Positions 1 to 14,800 of a DNA stretch of 64,000 nucleotides are shown in pieces. Within the stretch, counting starts at the first letter, position 1. The number at the start of each line of letters is the position of its first letter. The notes below the pieces were generated by a model, which did no database searches, was not told where the DNA came from, and saw nothing but the letters and a program-made list of their open reading frames with translations. This DNA is from Geosiphon pyriformis uo1 (Eukaryota > Fungi > Glomeromycota): positions 335,905 through 399,904 of the forward strand of contig JAAOMT010000572.1 in assembly GCA_016748015.1 (NCBI GenBank), in the 5' to 3' direction. Position numbers and translations under genes: made by a program.

Positions 1-3000
1 CGAGTTGCAACAGGTTAAAATTCTCAAACTCCAAAAATTCCTTCATAATCTTTTTTAGGCATGGGCTGAAATCAAATTTATGTCAATCAAAAGGAGCTTG
101 CTTTGTTTATATTATTTATAATGCAAAATACAGAGGTAAAATAAATGATTTTTATTTTATTTGCAAGTTTAAAAATATATTCTGATCGCTAATACATTGT
201 ATAATACCACCTGACTTTAATTAATGTCTCAACTTGTTTTTTTATACAAATGGACAAGATTTTCAGCAAGTTCATCAGGTAAGCGATTGCATTCTTTTTC
301 TTATTCCTGTAAGAGTTTTAATTTTTTTTTGCTAAATTACTTTTTATCAATCTCCAAAATTCTCAATTATGATCAGGTGACTTTTATGCCATGAAATAAA
401 ATTCTTTTCAATAAGTCACTCTTTTTGAGCGATGTTTCGAATCTGCAAGACCCATTTTATAAAATTATTTCCAAAAAGCATATCAATAGATGACAGAAGA
501 CTTTATTTGTCTATTGTAATTATAAAATCAGCATTGATATTTTGTTCGAAGCTAATCACTTAACCAAAGTCTGAAGCTGAAAAATAACGCCAGATATTTA
601 CTTTTAATGGGTGATTCACGGACAGGGATAATTTTCTTCGTCAAGGAAACTGTCAAACTTTTAAATATTGGTTGATTTAGACGAAATGTGCTTTCATCTG
701 AAAATATAACTTGATTCTAGTCAATATCTTTATTTTTTGCCCATTGCAAACGTTTTTTTGTGTTTGTTGGTGAGTAAAGGTTTGGAAAGTTTAGCCTAAA
801 CGTCATTGAATAGTGCCTACACTTTTTTTTCATTTCCTATTGTATAGCAGTGGCATTTAGATTAATTTCTTTTTTTGCAAGTTGTACAATTTTAGCATCT
901 TGCTTTGGAGTTGTAATTGAATTTTGGCCAGATTTTTGGTTGGTCACTTAGGTCTTTTGTTTCCTTCTACCTTTTAGTTCAATAAAGAGAGACATTTTTT
1001 GCGTGGAGCTTGATGATCATAAAATACCTGATATAGATTTCCTATCAATCTATAAAAGGTATGAATGATCAGCATTTATTCCATTCTTTATTGGGAGGGT
1101 CGGATACTTTCGCAATATACTGTAAATTATATCGTGGAAAGACTTGAATTATTATCTAACTCCATTTTTTAAAAGAAAATAGTTTTTCAGAAAAGAATAT
1201 TCGCAAAAATTTGAATCTAACAAGTGATTTTTATTTAATCAAATATTTATTATGATGTTGCCCATATGAAAATAATAAAAATGCTGTATAATGGACCCTT
1301 GCTCAAGAAAACATAAGTCTTTTAGAAAACGCTATCGTCACAATATCAACAGATGGTTCTCACATAAAGAGATTGTTGGCTAGGCGGATACTAAATTAGT
1401 GAATTTTGAGTATTAAATCCGAAAGAAATTCCACATATAAATAATAGCGTGTCAGAAAATTATAATAAGTTAGGTTTCTCCTATCATATGACAGATTTAT
1501 TTGTTTTGACACAATAAAATGAGCTAACTCTTCAACATAAATAACTATCACATAATTTCTTAATGACATATTCTTTTAGTTATTTAAATGCTTCATACTT
1601 TTTACTTTACTCAATTAATAAAGATAGTGCTCATATACCCACAACTTCAGCCCATTCAACATTATATTGCTTTTCTCTCTGAATGCCGTTTTAATCTGAG
1701 ATTAGCGAATAAAACCAAATTTAGGATGTTGAAAGAAAGAGCATCGACTGCATCATGAAATTCTTTAGACTGTCCCAGATACACGCACTAGACGACATAC
1801 GTCACTTTCTCAGTACTTTATGCAAGAATGGACTTATCTTTGTAGTCACTTCTTTTTTAAAAAAAGAAATGAACATTCAATCATGACAACCATATCTTTG
1901 ATTTAGATTCTTAATCAGCTGAAAGTGAGCTCAACTAAAAATATTTCCTATACATTATAGATAGCTATCTTAATGCTAAACATTAACACCATCTTTGAAA
2001 ATTGAACAGCATTCTTCACCTTCCCCATTATCACTGCCTAATGTACCACTTCGATGATAATGTGTTGTGAGGTTTCTAGCCTTATAAATATTTGGCACAA
2101 CAATTCATTCCCTATTTTTGTAGTACGTTTTCCTCTTAAAATTGCAATAATCTCTGTTTCCTCCTCTCCGCTGTCTGCAAATATCCTATATTTCACTATG
2201 ACTGAACAGCTCAAGCACATATGATAGCAATGCAAGGAAATTTCTTAGAGACGTTACAAACCTCCCTGATGTCAAAGACATTTATGCTGCTGTTTCTGAA
2301 ATTCCCAGAGATTTCTAAATTAAGAGCAAAAAGAAAAATTTGCAATTAAAACATTTATTTATAAAAACAACAGCAGGAGACAACCTTAAATAACTATTGC
2401 ATAAACATCAGTTCTCTGATTTGCTCAATTTTTTGGTGGTTATTGTCCTTTACTAAAGTAAAAGTTCTAATAAAAAATACTTCATCTCCCACAAATCAAA
2501 TTGATTTCATGCTAACTTTTGCCTGTTTTTTTATAGCGAGAAAGGTATTTTCATGGTTTTTAAAAATTAAGCTTGGTAATAAGATTATTTGGGAACAATC
2601 TTCTCAGATTGTGCTAAAAAAAAAATTATTATCAATGATCAGAAATCATAGAATTACCTGGTTAAAAAAATTTGAATGTGCTGCACGACATCCCGCGATT
2701 AATGTCTTCGATTGTCGTAATGTTAACGAAGGTTCAAATACATCCATCGAGGACCTCCTGTGCTGCTGTTGTAGGATTTCCTACGTATATATGTCTTGTG
2801 AATGTCTCTTCTTACATGTGTGAAGAGCACAAAATATTAGGAAGTAAACCTTCCAGCATCCTTTCTGACCAAATTAACCACTTGTCGTGTTGAACTAGTG
2901 AGCAATAAAATAAAAATTCCAAGGACTTTTTATTACATAAACAAATGATTTTTGGATCAAATTTATGACAAATACTAAAAAGAAATTATTTTTCAGTAAC

Positions 3001-3454
3001 ACAGACTGAAAGACTAAAATACAAGATAAAGTGTTAAATAACGCTTTTAGTTGGATACAAACGAAATATATATGTATATCTGTTGCTGAAGAAATTCAAA
3101 TTTTCTTTAAAAAAACAATTTTGCTAGATTAGGTTTTTGAACATATATTTAGAATTTAATTTAAATTACAAGTTTATTAACTTTTTGAATTATTTTTTTG
3201 TATAATTGATTTGAATCTAAAATATTAATAAAACAGTCAAAATATTTTTTTAAAAGAGTGATTTTATATTACAAAACAAATATTTTTTTTACAAGATAAT
3301 TTAAATCAAAAAGATAATAAAATTCAAGTTTTTGATTCAATAATATCAATTAAATTTTTTTTCAAAATTTAGTGTTAAATAATTTATATTTTAAAAAAAC
3401 TATTTGATATTTAAAAATATAAATTTTTTAAATTATTTAATGTTAAAGATAAAA

Positions 3455-6400
3455 ATTATGTTTTCTGAAGTAGCAGGTTGGCTTTTGTCAATCAAGTTGT
3501 TGTTCAGAAATAAGCTTTCTTTTTCGATTTTGGGGCTTTATGCTAGCATTTCTTTAAAAACGTGATTGGCTCAAGCTGGTATTATCAACTCTTTGATAGC
3601 TAAGGCTGTAAATGAAAGCTTGTTTGTGATTTTAGGTGGTGACTTCAATGAAGATATTTCTAAGAAGTGTGCTAGCTTCAAAAAATGTTTGGATTTTGGC
3701 TTAATCAACTCTTTGTTAGGCAATTCAGTGACAAAAACTCCAAGTTGGAAAAATTAAAAAAATGTAGAAAAAACTATTAACTATATTTTTGTTTGTGCAA
3801 ATTTTGTTAACATTTTGGCTATTTATAAGATGCGGAGTACAAATAAATTTTTCAATACTAATTACCAAGTTATTTCTGTTTTGGTGGCTTGGGTGGTTTA
3901 CTAGATATATAATTGGTTTTTCTATAAAGACAAACAAACAAAAACTGATGAAAATACAATTTCAGAAATGCAGATTATACTAAATAGATGCTTTTCAAGA
4001 ATGCTTTTTTTTCAGCAGTAATTGACTTATCTAAAGAGTTTAATGGCTTTAGAAAATATAGAGATTTAAATAAAATAAGGAATAGAATTTGAAATAACAT
4101 GTATTTTTTAGCTAATAAAGTGTTTAATAAGTCTTAATCTCATAATTTCGATTATAATATTATGGTCAGATGTAACATGTTAACAGATAGCAAAAAAACA
4201 GTATTATATAACAATAAAAATAATAAAAAGTTAATTCAACTTTAATAAGCCAATTGAATTAATAAGAATTTAATATGTGAGATTAGTCTTATAAATATCT
4301 CAATCATTATTTTTTTCAAAAGATAACAAAAAAATTTGAAGATAAAGAAATAGTTTGTACTGTTAACAAAAAATAATAATTCTATGTCTTATATTAGCAC
4401 TATTAAAATTTAATATTAGATATTAATTGTATTTTTCAATAAATTTTTATTCAATATACTTTATAAAAAAATTAACAATTATACAAATTAAGAAAAAAAA
4501 AGGAAAAAAACAATAAAAAAATTGATATTATTGTATTAATCTTTGCTTTGAATATATTTGATTTAAGTATAAATGAATTTTTAAAGCTTTAAAAAGTTTT
4601 GTTTATATATTTTTAAAAAGAGATCAATAATTAGACCAATAATAATATTAATAACTTGGTTAAAAGTTAAGTTAATAATTAAATCAATAACTAAATCAAT
4701 AACTAAGTCAATAATTAAGGCATTAATCAAGTCAATAATTATATTAAAAACTATTTCTAAAAATAAAATGGCTAATTAATAACATTAGTAACTAATATAT
4801 ATAATTAATTATGACTAAATAAATTAATAAAACTAAAAAATAAACGTTTTAATCATAATAAATTAAAACTTTTGGTTTTAAAGATTGTTAAAGTATTAAG
4901 ATTAAGATCTAGTAATTTGTTTTCAAAATTAATATATTAATAGTTGTTTATAAATAATAATAAAACATTAAGTTTAGTTTTAATAATATTAAATTTGTTT
5001 TGTTTAGTATAAAAAAGTTATATTAAGTGTTAAAACTTTATAAATTTTATAAGACCAAAAAATTAGAAATTATTTTTGCTATTTTTAGTATATAATAAGT
5101 TTTATTATCAATAAAAGTCATACTATTAATAATGTTTTAAAGCATTTATTTTAAAAAATAATATTAATTTATTTGGTTAATAAATAAATAAATTTTGATA
5201 AAATTAAATTAAAAGTAAATAAAATTGTTTTAAATACAGTTTTTAAAAATGATAAGTTTAATCAAACATAAAAAATTGTTTAGAGTAATTAATAATTTAC
5301 CAGATAAAAAAACTATTGGTTTATTTAATATTACTAATAAACTATGAAAACATTGTTCAAATTTGTGTTTAATATATAAATTAGTTTTAAAATTATAAAA
5401 AAAGACTTGAATATTTATAATTTTTAAATTATGTAAATAAAAAAAGTTTTGATAAATACCAAGTCTATACTATTAAAAAATTCTCCAAAAAGTCGATTTA
5501 ACTTTTTTAACTTTATACTTAATTTATAAGAATTGAGTTTATCTTATAAATATTCTGATTTAAAATTGATAAAAGTTAAAATTTCATAATTTAATTTGAT
5601 TTATCAAGTATTATATATAAGTAAATTAAATTTCAAACTTTAAAAACTTATAATTATAATGTTTCTTATAATCAATACTATTTTTTACAAATAAAAAAAA
5701 TTATTAATAATAAATCAAATCAAATTATATATTATTAAACTTAACCTAAATTTTTAAAAATAATTTTTTTTTGAATTGAATTCAAATCAGATCAAAACTT
5801 AATTTGATTTAATTTGTTAAAAACTCTAATTTTAACAGTATATAATAAGTTTAATATTAAGAGATATTTTAACTTGGTTTTCTGTTTTTGTTATAAAATT
5901 TATTCTAAAAAATATTTAAAAAAAAATAAGGAACTGTAGTTTATTTTGTAAGATATGTATAAAACATATAATTTAGAAAGCCAGTCTTATTTAAAATTAA
6001 AATATGTGAAAATTTTATCAAATTTTTTGAAAGTATCTATAATAACAAATTTTAAGCTTATTAATAATTACAAAATACATAATAGTTTAGATTAGAATAA
6101 AATTTTTTTATTTTTATTTTGAAAAATTTTCTATAGCTTTTTTTTATGTATGAGAAATTGTATAGGTATAAATTAACACTAAATTCATTGTTAATAATAA
6201 TAGAATTAAGACCTAAACTAATTTAACATCTTATTTAACTATTAACATATTTGTAAATAATATTATTTAAATTAAAAATAATCAAGCTACTATTTATTAT
6301 ATATTGAATATTACAAATAAATTTTTAATTATTAGTAATATTTTAATTAACAATAACAAAATTCTGGTGATTTCTATTAATTACTAAATTAAAAAAATCT

Positions 6401-8700
6401 TTTTTAAAATTAGTAATTTTCTTATTTTTGTAATCAAAAAGAGCAAGATACATAAATATTTTGAAATTTTTTATCAATTAATGGTTTTTTTAAGTTTAGT
6501 TCGAAGAAAATACACATAAATATAAGATTTTTTACCAATTTAATTTTGAAAAAAAACGATTTTAAATAAAAAATTTTTGTACTTAGTATTAATAATTTTG
6601 TAATTATTTATTAATTATAAGATTTAATTTAGTTTTATGGCAAAAAATATGTGCGAAAAGTGAAATTTATTATTAAAAAAGAGGCTTAAAATCAAGATTA
6701 ATTTATTCAATAATTTTTCTATTGAAATTATACATCATTTTTTTTGTTTAGCTTAAAAACTTTTAATCTAGTTCAAACTAAAAGCAAGATAACAAATGTA
6801 ATTGTATTTGTTAACATATATAGAATTTTTGACAGGCCTTTTAATTATTAGGTACTAGATTTACAGATTTTAGAGTGAATATTATATGGTCTATTTTAGT
6901 TTTAATTATATTATTTGTAAATTTTTTAAACAATTTTCTGGTTAATATAGTTTATATTTTTTCTAAGTATATTGTATTTTTTATCAACAAAATTCCAAAT
7001 TTTATTTATTTTAAGAATAGAATTCTTATTATAAATATGTTGAATCAATAAGTATTTAACAATATGATCTAATTTCTAAAATAATTTGACATTGTTTTTG
7101 TAAATAAATTTCTAAATAATTATGGTTTCTGTTTCAATAAAAAAACTTTTTATCATTATAAAAAGCTTTAATTTTGAGGCTTAATTTTATTATAGTTTAG
7201 TATTGTTATAATTTTTATCAAAAGTGATAATTTTATTAATAGTAATTTGATTATGTTTTTTCTTTCTATTATTGGTGTTTGTATAATTCTAATTGTTTCG
7301 GAGTTGTCAAAACATGTTTGTTTAAATGTGATTTTGGTTTTTATTAATAAATTTATTAGGAATTTGGGTTTTTTGGTGTTGTTAATAATATATTTACTTA
7401 TTTCTGAATCTGAAATCAGATATTAAAGTGAATATTTATAAGTTAATGTTTTTAATTTTGGTTAAATTACAGATTATTGCTTTGAATTTGAACTGTATTT
7501 CTGTTTTGATATTTATTTATTTAGATAGTTAAACATCTCTTAATATATAAGTTAAAACTGGATTTGTTAGATTTCAATTTTTCCAATTATTGTTGAATAA
7601 AATATTGGCATATTTATAATACTACTAAAAATAAATATTTAAATGCTAATTAGATTAAAAGAAACAGTTATTCTAACAATATGAACAATAATTAAACTAA
7701 CTTGTAAGTAACTAATATTTTAAATTTAAATTTTATGTTTCTTATTAATATTGTTAAACTATTTTTCTTGACAAACAGGAAAATAGTTTCTGAAAATGTT
7801 TACTATTTTATAAAAAATTTGTTTGATTCAGTCTATTTTGCAGTTTGGAAGTTTAATTATGTATCTAAGTTTATTGATACATTCTTGACATGATATTTAC
7901 ATATTTTAAGGACTATTTTGGTATGTTATCTTAATAAACACATATGGGTTTCTTAAATTATGGCATTGCAGATTTACATATGTATTTTATAAAAGCTCTT
8001 TAAGGAAAAAGCTTTATAATTTCAAATATTTAAACATAGTTTGTATTTGTTGTGGGTTGTATAAAAACTTAAATCACATCTTTTTGTGTGTTTTAGATGT
8101 TATTGTAAGAGCTACTGTTATTGCAATAGATAAACTGCTATATCTGGTTCTTGGTTTTTATTTTTCTTAATTTTTTGAACTTTAAATAATGTCATACATA
8201 ATAACTATATTTATATGGCTGTGGTCAAAAGTTTTATTTTAAGTATGTTTTTCTAATTCTCTTTCTGTTTTCAAAGATACTGTTGTTGCTAGTTCATGGG
8301 TTGTGGATTTGATATGAAACTTTACTATACATCACAGATTGGATAAATGGTTAGCGAATTCTAAGCTTAGAACTTTATATGAAAAAGATAGTTTGTTGGT
8401 TGATTGTAATTGATGTTAGTGATCTCATTGTAATTAGCTTTAGTGATTTAGATTGTGTTGGTGGTTTTGCTAAGGGGCGTCACATAGGTTTTGGTTTTGA
8501 GACCAGTTTACTTTTGCTGTTCAGGAAATTTTGTGAATTTTTTGGTGTCTCTGATGCCATAGCTGTGCAGTGTTTTTTTGATTGACCAAGTGGCTGATCA
8601 CGTATAGTAAGAGCATAAGCCATGCTTATTTTAAAGTCTTTTATGATTTTATTGTAATAGGTAGTGGTTGGGCTGTACTCGTTAAATAAAAAAATAAAAG
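3455..8700 (+). mobile_element. Decayed, 5'-truncated non-LTR retrotransposon (LINE; AP-endonuclease + reverse transcriptase remnant)
   Basis: 3470-3810 translates to an AP-endonuclease-like segment (..SILGLYA..VILGGDFNE..SWKN*KNVEKTINYIF; cf. GDFN and TIDYIF motifs). 5931-5978 reads EL*FIL*DMYKTYNLE (cf. RT motif LQDMRKAYDSV). 6250-6270 reads FVNNII* (cf. FVDD). A better preserved C-terminal ORF remnant lies at 8379-8585 and an A-rich tail at ~8684-8699. Many stops. Confidence 0.75.
4178..4368. mobile_element. Possible LTR / small insertion nested in the LINE
   Basis: Bounded by a 9-bp inverted repeat TGTTAACAG (4178-4186) / CTGTTAACA (4360-4368), giving TG...CA ends. LINE-like translation is lost here. 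No target-site duplication seen. Confidence 0.3.
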
Positions 8701-8920
8701 TTTAATTAATTGTTCTAATTTGATAATTAATATAAGTATAAATTCAATTTTTAAAATTTAAAAAAAAGATTAATAGTAGAATAATACAAAATATTTTATT
8801 GTGTTAAATTTTAAAAACTTTGAAATCAAAAATATTATAATTTAACTATAATTCTTTTTAATTTACAAAAAATATTTGTTTGTAAATATTTACTTAAAAT
8901 TTTATTGAATAATATATAAA

Positions 8921-8922
<2 letters not shown>

Positions 8923-8966
<44 letters not shown>

Positions 8967-8980
8967 GTAATAATAATAAT
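8923..8980. repeat. (TAA)n microsatellite
   Basis: About 19 units with one interruption, read directly. Confidence 0.95.
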
Positions 8981-10911
8981 ATTATTATTACTTCTTAAAT
9001 TTTTCATAAGATGTTTATTATTTAAAAAACAGATTGCTACAACAACGATAAATTTTTTGGTCAATTAATAAATAGAAAAATAATAATTTGTAAATCTATT
9101 ATTTATGTATCTGATCTTAGTGTTTTCTTTCATAATAAAAATAGCTTAAATCCTATCTCAGTTTTAAATTCTAATGTTGTAAAACATTTTTCATCTACTT
9201 CATTAAAAGATTAGAAATTTAAAATTTTAGTGAAACTTCTTTTATTAATAACTTTAATGGGTATACAAATCATATATATATGCATTCAGTTCTAATTACG
9301 AAATTGCTGGTTGCAGAATCAAAATAAGATAAGACTTTTATTAAAGAAATTTCTAAACACTTGTAAAACAAAGCTAGCCAATTTTTCATGGTGACTTCAC
9401 TTTAATTTTGAGATAATGTATTTAAAAAAGCTAAATCTAGGGTTTGTAAAATTTAAAGCTTATCAAAAATTTGTAAAAAAAAGCTCAAATAATTATATTC
9501 TTCCCTTAGGATAAGAAGAATGGAAACCATTTTATTTTCTAATATAAACAGTAAGATCTCTGAATTTTGTTTACTTTCCTCAGAATGAACACCAGAAATT
9601 CAAAAAGCTAAAAAAGTTAAGAATAATGATGGTTTATATTTTTTAACTATACTGTACCTACTCAGTTTTTAATTCTTAAATATAGTGATATGATTAGTTA
9701 ACTCTTTATCCCCCTCTAGTTCTTGTAATTTAAAAATAACTTTTTTAAAGTTAGTTTTGTATCAATAACATCAAGTCCTTTTCCAAAAGAATGTCGCAAA
9801 TCGAAATTAATTGTCTCTAATAACGTTTTGCAAATAATTAAAATAGAAAATATAATGTTCACGTTTTTACCTATTTCATATAATATTGTTGCAAAGCTAC
9901 CCATTTTATTGTCTGTCTGACATGATCGATCGTAGTTCAAATCGATCATACAGCAATGTGCTTAAAATTAATACAGTCAGGAACATTTCTTGCATGTAAA
10001 AAAGTATCGTACCTGTCAAAAAACTGTTTAGGAGCACGTATCTTTGAATTCTATTATTCAATAACTTTTAATGATCCTTTGAAAACGCAATCAACGAAAA
10101 ATATTTTATTGTGTGTAACATTTCAAGCATAGTATCATGTTCTCCCAATGACCAGTGACAAGTGACAAGTGACTAGTAACCACAAAAAATTTATCAAATT
10201 TCCCGTTGTGCTCTTGTTAGTTGGCGACGATCACTTTATCATCCTAAGCTAGAAACAATCTTTCATTGAAACTATTAGCTACAAGGGAATTTGTGGAGAC
10301 ATGGCTGACTGTATTTTTGAAACACAAGATCATCATGTAACATTATGATGATATTAGTGACACCTTTACAGTGGGATCTAATTTTTCCCGTATAAATCAA
10401 AATAAAATCTAATTGGCTCAATTGTCTCCACACGAGGATATCAGATATATGGTTACCAGCTCATGGCTTGCGTTGAACACTAAATGATTTTTTGGGGAAC
10501 TATCAAAAAAAAATATCAAAATTCTAGTTCCCACTATGTCTTATTAAAATGAGATCTTATATTTGAATTGAATAAAATATATTGTACATTCATTCATTCA
10601 TTCTTTCTTTCTTTCTTTGGAAACTTTTAAACAGCGTACAAAGTTTTTAATACACAACGCCGCCTAGTATACTCATTACAGCAGATAAATTGAAAAAATC
10701 AACACTCAAAGGATTGGTTTTTTAATTGGTACCTCGATATTTGTTTTAAAAAAAAAAGGTATTTCTTCGAAGAGAATTCAAAAACTTTTTTTGATGCTAT
10801 CTTCCTCAAATTTTGTTGTAAGATTTAGTTTTTTCTATACTCTCTAAAAGCTTTGGATTATTCTTTAAGTACAATATCAAAAGAAACAATTCCAATAATA
10901 TTACCTTCATT

Positions 10912-11880
10912 ATGATTATTATCAAATCGCTTAAAAGTTTTACAATTGCGCTTCTGAGCTTTTCACAGGTAATAATTGGAGAAATTTTTGAAGAGGAGTC
11001 ATTTATTTTTTTTTGTTAATAATTGAGCTAATAATTTTTTTCTACCAATTCAGGTTCTCATTATAAATGCACAAAAATTTTCTCAGTTAGTTGTAGATAT
11101 TCCAAAATCTTCAACATGGGTATCATGTAGCGAGAATTCAACAAGTTATATAGGTAGGCTTTTTGCTGAGAGAAAATTATGGATGTTTCACTTTAAAAAT
11201 GAGTTTTATTAAAATTTCTAATTTTACAATATCTTATAGATTACTCTATCAAGGCACTCAATGACCGTAATTCAACATCATCCTCTTTTACATCTACCTC
11301 TGATCAAATTTACCCTTTATCACCATCACCATCATCATCATCATCATCATCATCCATAGCCGAGGGTATAGAAGGAAAAGTTGCCGAAAAATCTGAAATC
11401 GAAAAATTTCTCGATGGGAATGAATTCACACAGTTTCAAGATATCAATTGTACTTTGCCAGTTGGCTCAACAGAGACTTGTCAAAAATCAAAAACATTTC
11501 CTGATAATACACCAAAAATGAAACTTTGTTTATTAGTCGTAAATTCTAATGATAAATCAGCTTTGGTCGAAATTTCATTAAACTTTCAGCAGCAGCAAAA
11601 TGATAAGCTGATTCTCTCAGCATCAACAGAATCAGATTCTTCAAATTCTACAACAACTTCCAACCCAACTGTTTCATCAAAAGTAACACAAAACTCTTCT
11701 ATAGAATCTACCTTGGCAGATTCTTCTTCAACAATAATAACAAACATTCCCTCTCCTTTGAGTTCTCAATCTTCAAACCCCTCTGCAGCACAACAAAATC
11801 AAGGAAATGCTATTGGAGAACATCATGGTTCTCTGATGGCATTTTTTTTATTGCTTTTATTTAGTTTTGCGATTATTTAA
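10912..11880 (+). CDS. Secreted, predicted GPI-anchored Ser/Thr-rich cell-surface protein (3 exons)
   Basis: Exons 10912-10968, 11054-11153, 11240-11880 with GT-AG introns in consistent phase. Signal-peptide-like N-terminus MIIIKSLKSFTIALLSFSQVLIINA-QK, a Cys-containing N-terminal domain, a Ser/Thr-rich stalk, and a C-terminal GNAIG..LMAFFLLLLFSFAII* typical of a GPI signal. Confidence 0.8.
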
Positions 11881-14800
11881 TTGAAAACTCTCTTAATTTA
11901 TATCTAATTAATTAATTAATTTTTGCTTAGAATATTTTTATAATGTTTCCTATAGTTTAATAATTAATCCTTAATTAAATTCCTTATGCCTTGTAAAATA
12001 ATTTTTTATGTAAAATCTTCAAGCTACCCATGCCTTTTTTTAATTTTTAAACTAGATGAACAAAAATTTTTAAAATACAATTTAGACATTTGAAACAATA
12101 GATTAGATTTTTCAGACAGATAGAAAAATGGAATAATATATTCTTGAAAATTTTGAATATTTCTGGAAAAATCAAAAATAGAATTCTGCAGCGTTGAATT
12201 TGGGTTCTCTTTAATTTATTGTGTCAATAAGCCGCGTATATGTGTAGAAAACAAGATTTTTCACTTTTTTCCATTTAAGAAGATTGACTTTGAAATTTAT
12301 TTGAATCGATGACTCATTTGAATCTTTAAATCAATTTGGAAATAAATTATTTTTGCGTAATTTTATTATGTAATTACGCATCGATCAAGGACATTTTTGG
12401 AAAATTCTATACATGACAATTATATTCTTTTGAGTATGGATTATTTATTTCTCACCTCAAGTCCATTAACTTGTCAAATAATTTATCATGTCATTTAAAA
12501 AACAATGACGCAACTTCATACATTTTGATATATATTTCGACATGGCAAAGGTGGAACTTTGAGGAATTTCAAATAGTTCCGTCTTTTTCTAAACCCTAAA
12601 ATTTTTTTAAAATTTCAAGGTCTTTTTGGCGCACGTAACATTGAAACACTAATTCTTCGAATAGTGAAACCCATGAGAAGCGAAAATCATGGCTTCTTTG
12701 CTTCTTTTTTTAATTAATATTTTCCTCAAATTCTGGTGTTTGTGTTCGTCTAAAAAATTTATTTTTAAGTTTTCATCCCACAAAATCAAATGAATTCAAA
12801 TTCTAAATTGAATTTTCATTTTTTCACAAAAGCATACAATTTTATTTAACAAAAAGAACTTTGGAAGCTCTCTCTTGGGATTATCAATATCAGTGAGTAA
12901 ATTTACTTAAACTGATTAACTTTACCTCTCTCTATTAATATTCTATATTATTCGAGTTTCATTGAAATGGAGTTTAGAGTCTTATTCGGAAGTAAATTCT
13001 AAAAAGAACCCGATAATAATATAAATAAAAATTAACTTTTTTGCCCATTTCACGGCACTCTTCACATGCATTGATGGCGATACAGGCTAAATCAGGTATT
13101 CCAGTAATAATTGTGCGTACTGAGATTAACCATCATTTGATAGTTGAGTTTATTTTCTTAACTTCCACGATTGTCGGCTCCATTTCTTAATGAAGATAAT
13201 CCTTACATTGATGACATATTCATTGATCCCAATAAAATTAACTAATCAACAAAGCCCTTGATAAGACCAGAAGAACCATTTGACAAAGCTATCAAAACTT
13301 CCTAAAACATCCCAGCCTCCAAACAACGATAATAATCTCCAAAAGGAGCCATTAAACTTTTTCCTTGATCACTACTTGTAAGATATCTTGCACCCAAAAT
13401 TGTTACAGGTTTAATTATAATTGATTCAATAAATCACTTTCAAAATTGATACTTTTTTAAATAAAATTTTTTTGAAAACCAAGCATGAAACAAAATCATT
13501 AAATTTTCCTGTCTTTTTTCAACTCTGAGTTTTATTGTTAATTAAAACTCTAATTTTTAAAAGGTACTCACACCTGAAATAATTTAAAAACAAATTCTCA
13601 AATATCTTTTTGCAGAATTTTTATATCAAACAATATTTTTAAGAAAAGGCTGGCCTCGCTTAAAAAATTTAAGAAGCTTTCTGCTTTTATTCTCAAAATT
13701 AATGGTCTAATTCAATCTTGAAAACTTTTGTCTCAACAAGATTAATAGTAATACGCTTTCGGAAACAATTTGGTTTTTCTCGGAAAATCTTAAAAAGTCC
13801 ACTATTATCATATATTAAATGGCCGGTAAACTTGGCCCACCCGTCAATACTTTAAGGAAACACAGAGGAGAATCATACAACAGAAATCAAAAAGTTTTAA
13901 TGTAATAATAAATTTAATTTTTATTGTAAATGAGTTTAGTTATAAAAATTAGGCTGGAAAGTTTATTCTCAATTAAGTTTAAAGTTTTAAAGCAAACCAT
14001 TCAGAAAAATTAAAAGTTTCAAATTTAATATAGAATCCTTTTCCTTTTGAAAATGAGTTCTTAATTTGGTATCATGAAAGAATGATTGATGTATGTCGGC
14101 TTCGAAAAACCTAGCCCCAATTTTCTTAGAAATAATTCTAGTAGATCCCTTTAAGTTCTATTAACAACAGGCTCACCCGAGAAGAGAAGATGTCTCCCAA
14201 AAAAAATAAAAATTGAAAAACGCTTATATATAAGTTAGACGCTATTGGCAAACCTTAAAATGAGATTGGTCAAATACTAAATACAAAGATTCATGTGTTC
14301 ATATACCATTGATGCTGATTAATTAAACCATTGTAGGAGATTTTTAGGCAAAGGATTGAAAATAGGTAAAATGGTATGTATATTCATGGTCATTGGGCAC
14401 TTTATTTCTAAATTTTTGTTTATCAAGCTAATCTCATTCCTCAAGCTGGCGGTTCAGCATAACTTTTGGTTTGTGAATCCAACATTGATAATAAAGACGA
14501 ATCAAGAGTTTAATTTCCATAGAGTTAGAGCTCTTATTGTAACCTGAAATTTCAACAGCTAATATTCAATCTTCTAAAACTAGAGATATTTCGTTTCTAA
14601 ATCACCTTGGAAATTTCTATCATAAAAGCATTAATGATAAATTTTTTACTAATCATTTTCAATGTCATTACATAATAATCCGAACTTGGACCTTCACAAA
14701 GCCTTTATATCGACAGAGTTGCATTCAGCGATTCAAATCTGTTGAAGCCGATTCAAGTTTCACCTGCATTCCCTTAGAAAATGAAGAAAAGCTGTTGCGC

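Noticed and set aside
1600-2900. Moderately GC-rich patches with ORFs 2038-2235, 2443-2823, 2672-2893; possible minus-strand gene remnant
   Set aside because: Protein-like fragments (e.g. YNVEWAEVVG, EETFTRHIYVGNPTT) but stops in the frames checked and no recognisable family; cannot support a call.
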